The notes under the pieces were generated by a model. The model was not told the DNA's origin and made no database searches. It saw nothing but the letters and a program-made list of their open reading frames with translations. From the human T2T-CHM13v2.0 reference genome, Homo sapiens, in the NCBI RefSeq assembly GCF_009914755.1, contig NC_060936.1: 64,000 nt of DNA. One strand, given 5' to 3'. Within the stretch, counting starts at the first letter, position 1. Every line of letters begins with the position of its first letter. Both the position numbers and the translations under genes were made by a program. This document shows, one piece after another, positions 54,248 to 64,000 of this stretch.

Positions 54248-55640
54248 AAACTTATCTTTTCAACTTTAATTTATTTCTATATCTATACATCTATCTACCT
54301 ATAGATATATAGATATGTGTGTGTGTCTGTGTATGTGTGGTTACCATTTACTCAGTTTTGAACATTTAAATACTTTTAATGTATTATATCTGTGTTAATT
54401 CAAAAGTCACATCCGGTCCTGGAGTGCTTCCAATGGCATTATAACCACTAATTATATTTCTGCTAGTCTTCATGCTTGAAAATATAGATTTGAATGACTC
54501 TAATATTATTCTACAATTTACACTGAAAGGTATAATTTGGAATAAATCCCTTATGCCAGTTTATTCACTTTACCATTACCATTTACTTCTTCATCAAATG
54601 CACTATTTAATAGAAAGTTCTAACACAGTTTTCCTTGACAACAAAGAAATTACAGCATCATTTTCTCAAACTCAAGTAAATATATTTTTTCAATGTTTTA
54701 ATCAAGTTGTTAGCTTTAAATGTGAATGTAGATAAAATACCTAACAAGGTGCTTAGCAAATAATAGGTACTCAAAAAACATCATCTTCCACTCCCTCCTA
54801 TTTTTTTCAAATAAAACTTTAACTAGAAAAACAAAATCTAAAGATGCCTGCCTTCCCTCAATTCTCAACAACCCCATACATCTTTGTCTATCATAATGTA
54901 CTGCACATTATGCAGACTTTAAGTGTCTGTGTAGTTAAACTGAAGATGAGCTTGACCTTTAAAATCATGAGTAATATGTACAGGAGAAGACCAATTTGCT
55001 CATCCAATTCATGGATTACTAGAATTGAAAGATACTTCTTAAAGCTTAAAAGAAATAATTTTCAAGAATTGAGTAATTTAACATAATTGTCAACAACAAG
55101 AAATACATATTTATATTTATATATACTTAAGAGATATAAATATATATACTCTTTCTTTCAAAGATACAGTACACAATGGAAAATAATTACATTTAAAAAA
55201 GCTGAAGGAAATCACTAATAGTAACTCTATATAAATTAGGCTTTTTAGGGTACATATCAATTTTTTTAATCTCAAATCAGGGAGAATGGCTGACTATGCC
55301 TTCCCACAAACATTCTTGTTTCAAAATTAGACCTAGGTTAGTGATTCTTAAGTTCTTCTTCTCGAGCTGTTTGTATATGCTTATCATTGCATGAGCAGTT
55401 TACAGTGATATTACAGAAAAAATATAAAATATTAAAATATATGAGAAAAGGAGGAAGCATGCTCATATTTTCATAATATGTTCCCTCTATGTTAGAAGTC
55501 TTATATAATTACTGTAGTTTTTGTTCCTAGATCTAATCATAACAATTTAGCAAATTAATCAAAAAGGGAAGTATTGTTATGACACAGAAAAATTACTAGA
55601 CGGGAATATGTTTTCTGCGTTCTAGTCCTATATCAGCTAT

Positions 55641-55732
55641 TACTTGTGTGTGATTTTATAAACACATACACACGCAAGCACACACACACAAACACACACA
55701 TATATATACATATATATATATTATATATATAT
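55641..55732. repeat. Compound (CA)n/(TA)n microsatellite
   Basis: Read directly. Confidence 0.85.
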
Positions 55733-55782
55733 GTTTTCATCCATAGGACCAGTTCATAATTCCCATTGCCCTTCCTTGTTCT

Positions 55783-56722
55783 TGTTACAATCTTTTATTA
55801 TGACAGTTGGGCACTTCAGGCCTTAGAAAATGGAATCTCTCTCTCTCTCTCTCTGACCTTCTCCTGCCCTTCTTTCACCTTAAGCTCCTTTCCCTCTTCA
55901 AGGCAGGAATCGTCTCCTGCCTTTCTGTGTTGGAGCTGGCCATAAAATATTCTCTGACCTCCCTTGTCTAATTGTAGGCCATAAGACCCCCATTTCAGAA
56001 GGGGTCCTGCCCCCACCATGGAGGAAGGAATGCTGCTCAGAGGCCAAGAAGAGTCAGAACAGGCATTCCTTCCTGGGTTTCCTCCTTCAGTCTATCAGTA
56101 TTAGGTCATACACTTTTGTCCAATCACATTTCTACACAGTTATGCATGTATCAGTCATGTCTATCCAATGTAGTCTCCATAGAAAAGCCAAGAGGACAGG
56201 GTTCAGGGAGCTTCTGGGTAGCTAAGCTTGTGGAGGTTCCTGGAGGGTGGCACCCAGGGAGGGCATGAAAGCTCTGCACTCTTTTCCCGATACTTTGCGT
56301 ATTCATCTCTTCATCTGTATCCTTTGTAATATCCATTAGAGTAAACCAGTAAATATAAGTTTTCCTGAGTTTTGTGAGCTGCTCCAGCAAATTAATTGAA
56401 CCCAAGGAGGGGGTGGTGGGAACCCCCAACTCGAAATTAGTTGATCACAAGTTCCAGGGACCCAAACTTGTGACCGGTGCTCTATGCAGAGTGTGTTGGG
56501 GGAAGGGGTTGTCTTGTAGAACTGAGATCTCACCCTGTGGGATCTGAGGCTACCTCCAGGTAGATAATGTCAGAATTGAATTGAATTAGAGGCTATCCAC
56601 TGGGTTTCTACAGCTTGGTATGGGTGGAACCCCCACAAGCATTTGGTTGCAGAAGTATTCTGTGTTGATTATTACTGTGTGAAAGCAGAGGAAACATAGT
56701 TTGTGTTATTTTTCTATTCACA
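55783..56722 (+). mobile_element. MER21-family LTR (intronic, antisense to CAPS2)
   Basis: TG...CA ends; ggacagggttcagggagcttc...gtggaggttcctggagggtggcacccagggagggcatg and cccaaggagggggtggtgggaacccc MER21 motifs. Confidence 0.75.
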
Positions 56723-58185
56723 CTCATGTGATTGTAAGCAAAGACATCAAGGCTTTCTAATTTCCTATTGCTGTTTTGTTATTGTTGTTGTTGTTTTAAT
56801 CTACAAAACGAAGAGAGGAAGTTAGATGATCCCTAGTATGTATCACTAGGTAGGCAAAAGATTAAACATCATAAAAACCAAAAAGATGGGTATGTCAGAA
56901 CAATGTTAGGCAACATGATATTGGCACAGAATTGTACAGCTGATATGGCAGATTCCCATGTAATTTTCTTATTTGAGCTTCCAAGCAACTCTAACTATAG
57001 CAATTACCTCTGGATTGCTCAGGCAGAGCCCCCCAATCAAAAAAGTTAAAAGACTGGTCCAAGATCATACAGTTCAAATAGCAAAGCTGGAACTTGAACC
57101 TAAATGTCCTAAGTTCAATTTACAGTGTTCTTTCTACAAAATACACATCTTGTGACAAGATCATTTGAAGCAAAAGAGAACAATGCAAGAGATCCTTTAT
57201 CTGAAATCCTTGAGACAAATGTGGTTCATATGCTTTTAGAATAAAATCCAACCCTCTTAGCATGACATGCAAGACTTTAATGTACCAGACATTTCTCTCC
57301 ATTCTTCTCTTTTCCTTCCTTCCATAAATTTATCCATTCAAACTAATGCATTATCTACTTAACTTTCCATATGCTGGGTTCTATTTCAGATGTTAATAAA
57401 GAGCAGGAACACAAAAACACTCTGGTCCCCACCCTGATGAGACTTAATGATCTACTGGCAGGCAGAGTCAGAAAATATTTACAAAGTGGCATGAAAAAAA
57501 ATAAAATGAGAAATTGGTATAGAAAGGACCAAGGATCAGATGGGAGTGCTCCTTTAGACAGAAGTGTCAGGGTAATGCTCTTGACAGAGAAAGCTGTGGC
57601 CTGAATACTAAGAAAACCCAGTATGCGAAGATCTAGTAGAAGATTATTCACAGTGGAGGGAACAGTATATGTGAAGATTATTAATCATTTGCAGTGTCAG
57701 AAACAGGCCACACTCCCTTCCCCTCCAAGCTTTCACATGTGTCTCCTTCTCATAAAATACACATTGTCTGATTCACACTCCTTTTTCTCCCTCGTCTGGT
57801 TAATTCCTCCTCAACCTTCAAAACTCAGCTTAGATGTATCCTCCTCCAGGCATCCTTCCATGATCTTTGTTCTCCTTCCCCACAACCTGTCTTGGAATCA
57901 GGTACCTACCCCATGGTGTTCCAACAACATTCTCCACTGAATACATATTTTGTTTTATGTTCATTGTCCTTCAATTATGGTGATCTTGACAGTACAGAGT
58001 ATTATCTCAGAGCTTAGCACAATGCCTGGTTATTAAGCTCTTTATAAATATAGGATGGAGCAATGTTTAAACTTTAAAAACCAACAGGGCTTGTAACCTG
58101 ATAGCTTAACACTGATAAAGGGCATAGAGAAGGAGAAAATAAATGAAAACTAAAATTTCAGTAGAACAGTGAATAATGCCACCTA

Positions 58186-58389
<204 letters not shown>

Positions 58390-59236
58390 TCAACAAGAAG
58401 AGAGATGAAAACAAATTGTTCCTATGCATAAATGTATAAAGCCGCAGTTATCTTTCATAAGAAAATTAAAGTTGATGTAACTGAAATAAGGAATGTGAAT
58501 ATTCAAACAAATCAAATGTAAGACAAAAGACTTTGGAAAATAGGATGTTTTTAATCAAGAGGATTAAACATAAAATCACATGTAAATATGCCAGAACTAT
58601 AGCACCACTGTGTGGTGGAAGTGGTATGTTTTTAAAACAGAAAAATACAGTTTCACTTTATCACCAAGAGAATAACCTAAATATTACAAATAAAATCTTA
58701 GATTTTGTTGTGTAGACAACCTCTTTAACCACCCCATATCTTTAATCTGTTTTCCTTTTCTTAGTTTTTATCAACTGAATTACAAAATTGATGACAGGCA
58801 AGTCACCCAAAAATTATCAGTTCAACATTTTAAAAATAGTTTGAAATCTTCAAATTGTAACTTCTATACAAAATAGCATCAAAGCTTTTGAATTCTATCC
58901 TATACTTATATATTTCATAAGAGGTTATTTGCTTAGATCCCTAGCATTCTCTTTGTAGCTGTTATTTCACTTAATGCACTTTGTACCATATTTACTTAAG
59001 AATAGATTGGTAACTTTACTAAAGCAGTTATTAGATATAATACATGAGAGAAAAAAACAAATGTCACCAAGTTCAATTGTGACAAATACTGTATTGACAA
59101 TGATATAATAAACTGTTTACACACTTTGGCATCAAGAACATATGAGAGTCCAAACAAAACTTTTCAAATCTGTTTCTTGCCTTCTTACTGTGAGCCCCTT
59201 ATCTTTAAAAGATAAATCAGGATTCATGAAAATTCA

Positions 59237-59564
<328 letters not shown>

Positions 59565-60097
59565 CATAAATTACATGTTAATTTCTGTGATTGCTTATTC
59601 AATATCTTTCTCCATTTTATACTATGAGATCCAACAGAGTAACTGTCTAATCGAGTCTACCATACTGCATTTTCCCAAATTTGGAAAATGTTTAAGTATC
59701 CAAAACTGACATATATCTAATTTATTACCTACAACAACCCTGGAAATTTCATATGAGAAGTACTATCATCCCTGTTTTAGAGATGAAGAAAGAGATGCAA
59801 GAGATTTCTCTAAAGTCATGTGTGTCTTGCACAACAGAGTCCAAACATCAATCTGGCTCCCAGTCTAGCTTTTTTTTCTTTTACACTAGGACACCACAAA
59901 CCTCTTCAGGATATTATCTAGTACATAAGACAAGTATTATATTACAAAAATTACTTTCACATTTTATTCAGTTTATGAGTAAAACCCATATTATCTAGTA
60001 ATTTCTAAAACACTTAATTTTATAATTCATATAATACTAGTTAGGACCATTAAAGTAAGGAAAATCTTAAAACGTTTAGAAATCCTAAACAATAAAA

Positions 60098-60099
<2 letters not shown>

Positions 60100-60143
<44 letters not shown>

Positions 60144-60227
60144 CTTATTTTAAAAAGTATATATATATATAGCTTATTTTTAAAAGTATATATATATATA
60201 TATATATATATACTTTTTTAAATAAGC
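60100..60227. repeat. Palindromic AT-rich composite (TA)n repeat
   Basis: (TA)21-gcttattttaaaaag-(TA)7-gcttatttttaaaag-(TA)13-ctttttaaaataagc. Confidence 0.93.
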
Positions 60228-60283
60228 AAAGGGTAAATATAAATCAAGTGCCACTGAGAAATATCTGGGAAAATGCTGTTTTA

Positions 60284-60460
<177 letters not shown>

Positions 60461-60641
60461 CTATTTTACAATCTTGAGTATAAAACCTCTAAGCTCTTCC
60501 CTGCTCCAGACTCAAAGAAGCTCTCAAACTTGGAAGAGTGCTTAGAATTTAATCAAGTCCCAACTCTGCCTGCTGCTTTGATGCCTAAGAAGATTAAACT
60601 GAGAGCTAAAATCCTTAAAATCTTACAAGGACTACTTGTAA

Positions 60642-60964
<323 letters not shown>

Positions 60965-61164
60965 AACATTCATTTTGTAACAATTTTAATGTTTTAAACA
61001 TTTAATTAAAACTATTAAATTTAAAAGCAATTTTACCTTGCAAAGCATAAAATGAAAAACTATTATTTTTAAAAGCCCCCTCAAATGCATTCATTTTTAG
61101 CAATATAGTAAATGATGAAGAAACACAGACTTCCTTACAGCCATTTTGTAGGATATAGCCTCTA

Positions 61165-61364
61165 ATGTGTATATATATATAAAATATATATTATATATAC
61201 ATATTATATATGTATCTATACATATTATGTATGTATAGATCTATACATAATAGATCTATATATAATGTAATATAATCTATAATACATATATAATATGTAT
61301 ATATTATATATTATATATAATATCACAGGAATATATATTTTTTAATCAAAATATATATTCCTGT
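61165..61364. repeat. AT-rich low-complexity tract ending in a 17-bp-stem hairpin
   Basis: Degenerate (TA)n; acaggaatatatatttt (61325-61341) / aaaatatatattcctgt (61348-61364). Confidence 0.85.
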
Positions 61365-61846
61365 TATTAAAAAAATTCATTTTAAAAGCAATGTTTGATG
61401 TCTAGAACTAATTTTTCACTGTGCACTTTATCAATCAATGAATACTGTAAGCATATGGGACCCTCAGACTTTTTTAGATACTAAAAAAAAATCATAATAA
61501 CAATGTGAAAAAATTGTTATAGTATTGTATTGATATCCTTTTTTAAATTTATTTCTTTTGGTAATACTTGGTAAAATAAAAGTGTTATAGCAAAGGCAAA
61601 TTAATAAGGTATCTTTAACATAAAATTGAATATTTTCAAATATTTCATTGATTATAACTGTTCCCACACATGAAGTGTATTTGAGTACAAGATAGTACAT
61701 AAAAAAGACATACGTAGCTATGCTTGTTTTTTCAAAATATAAACCTTAATGAAGTTATAAATACCTTATAGTAGAATGTCATTTTAAGATAATTTAAAAA
61801 TAGTGTTTTCACCTACTTTCAAATTGCCAAATGCATATTTAACTTA

Positions 61847-61966
<120 letters not shown>

Positions 61967-62534
61967 CTAAACAAAAGAACAGATGAATGAAGCTAGAAAG
62001 CATATAAGAAATAAAATATAACTAACATCAATTTTAAATAATGGATTTTGATTAATGTGACACGATATACTTTAACAAGGGTAAGAAGTATATTTGGAGA
62101 ATGCTTATATGTATTTGGAGAAACTATATAGATAAACCAATATCTCTGTCAATCTCAGAAGTCTTCTATTTAACAATCCATGTGAACAAAAAAGTCAGCA
62201 ATATAATAAACTCAGTTTGTTTAATGAGAATGAGAGGAAAAAAGAACAAATAATTTAATTTAAATTATGACCTCCCTGAATAGAGCTAATGGCCTACAGA
62301 ATGACATACCACAAACTGAAGAACTGTGAAGATTTCTCATACTCTTTCACAGCTGAACTTTTGATGACAGATGTTGCCTAATTATAAAACCTAATTTCAA
62401 CCTAATTAGAACTTCAAAACTTCAGCCACAAAATTCCTATCAAAAAATCTTATTCTAAACTTATAAAATGATTATTTTAATTTCTGAGCTGCTCAAATAA
62501 ACAAAGCCAGTGTAAGGACAAATACCAAATATAA

Positions 62535-62842
62535 TTTTTATTTTTTTTTGAGATGGAGTCTCGCACTGTCGCCCAGGCCGCAGTGCAGTGTCACGATCTC
62601 TGCTCACTGCAGCCTCTGACTCAGGGGTCCCAGAAATTCTCCTGCCTCAGTCTCCGAAGTAGCTGAGTTACAGGTGCCCACCACCACGCCCGGCTGGTTC
62701 TTATCTTTATTTTTTTGTATTTTTAATAGAGACGGGGTTTCACCATGTTGGTCAGGCTGGTTTCAAACTCCTGACCTCGTGATCCACTTGCCTGGGCCTC
62801 CCAAAGCGCTGGGATTACAGGTGTGAGCCACCACGCCTGGCC
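62535..62842 (-). mobile_element. AluS (Sg-like)
   Basis: Full dimer with gacctcgtgatccac. Confidence 0.92.
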
Positions 62843-62869
62843 AACAAATACAAATTATAAATAGGGGCT

Positions 62870-63710
62870 TAATTCTGCCTGTTGAATATAAAGGAAGGAT
62901 GTCCCTCCCCTCCATTTTCTCAGCACATTTACTTTACAGAATTTGTAATTGTAATGTAAGTACTTTCTCCTCTCTTTGAAATGTATACAAATACTTCTGA
63001 AAATTAGATAAGCCTGTTGTCAGCTTTATGACCTAGATAAGGCTTTCTCAAGGACCGGTGAGCCACTCTTTGAGTGTAAACAGCAAGGGAGAGAGCACTG
63101 TTATCTCCCAGTTTCTGTGAGAGGGTGGGAGCCTAACTTTCTTAGGCACCTTGCTCTAAGTGCAGAACCATCTCCTGTCACAAAGATATGAAAAGTTTGT
63201 TTTTTCCCCCTCCCCCACCTCGGATAAAGCCAATTAGCTAATACAGATAGTCACTCTAATTACCAGGTCAATCTAGGATAAACTATGTGTGACAAATGGT
63301 ACCCCGGAGTCTTCTTACTTGAGGACTAGTTATTGTTTACACCAAAAACATGTATGTGTCGGGATAGGAAGGAGGTGAGCCCTTTCCTCCCCATCATAAT
63401 GCTCATTGCCTACATCCCTGTAACAAAAGGCAAGTTTACAAGAGAATAGCAAAACAAATTTATTAACGTGCATAAGCATAGGAGTCATACCAAAAAAAGA
63501 AAAAGAAAAAAAGAAAGAAAACTCAAAGAGCCAGATGGCTGATACTTAAATAACCTCCTCACTGGGGAGAGGGAAATGGGGGAGGTTGTAAATGAATGGG
63601 CCTGGAAGACCAGACAGTGTTTTGTAAATGATTCCCTTTAGTTGCTGAATGGGACCAAAGGACAAACAATAGCCTGTGGACAAGTTATGAGAGGTGAAGA
63701 CCCGCCTGTG
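62870..63710. mobile_element. ERV1-class LTR pieces (MER34/MER39-like)
   Basis: ctttgaaatgtatacaaat...tttctcaaggacc...tatctcccagtttctgtgagagggtgggagcctaactt motifs, followed by an apparently reversed LTR piece. Confidence 0.6.
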
Positions 63711-64000
63711 TAACAGCGAGACCATGTCTCAATTGAAAAAGAAAAACAACAACAACAACAAACAGAGGTAAGATGAAAACTGAAAAAAGATTTCTCAATT
63801 TTTTTAGTTAAAGATTTAAACATATTTGACTACAAAACTTGGCAATATTTACCTATACTTCAAATTTAAAGCTTTGTGTTTTTTCCTGGTGGGCAAATAT
63901 TTCACCTCCCCAGCATTTGGCAAATAAAGCCTTTTGGGAAACCAGCTAGCAAGATGCTGCACCACCATAACTGTCAGTATGATGGAAATCAGTGTATATC

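Overview
AT-rich, CpG-poor primate (human-like) genomic DNA; roughly half or more is recognisable interspersed repeat (Alu, L1, L2, CR1/L3, MaLR/ERV LTRs, DNA transposons). The only real protein-coding content is the last six coding exons of CAPS2 (calcyphosine-2, EF-hand protein) on the minus strand (61966->47500). All have GT-AG boundaries, splice into one open frame, and are followed by a ~2.9 kb 3'UTR ending near tandem AATAAA signals at ~44604-44617. The ORF track misses a full-length, intronless, decayed retrocopy of cyclin G2 (CCNG2P1-like, 26258-27266 minus, apparently with both UTRs), a second orphan mRNA 3'-end retrocopy (31402-31720) and an ancient CR1/L3 LINE fossil (~2890-4830). 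Most other listed ORFs are repeat-derived or chance. I found no demonstrable new biological system. The best leads are an Alu inserted into a CAPS2 branch-point region with a replacement CTAAT at its tail, an MLT2A solo LTR with a DUX4-like motif pointing toward the CCNG2 retrocopy, a textbook plus-strand splice acceptor in intergenic DNA, and several hairpin-associated local duplications. Repeat subfamily names and boundaries are by-eye recognition and approximate unless TSDs are given.
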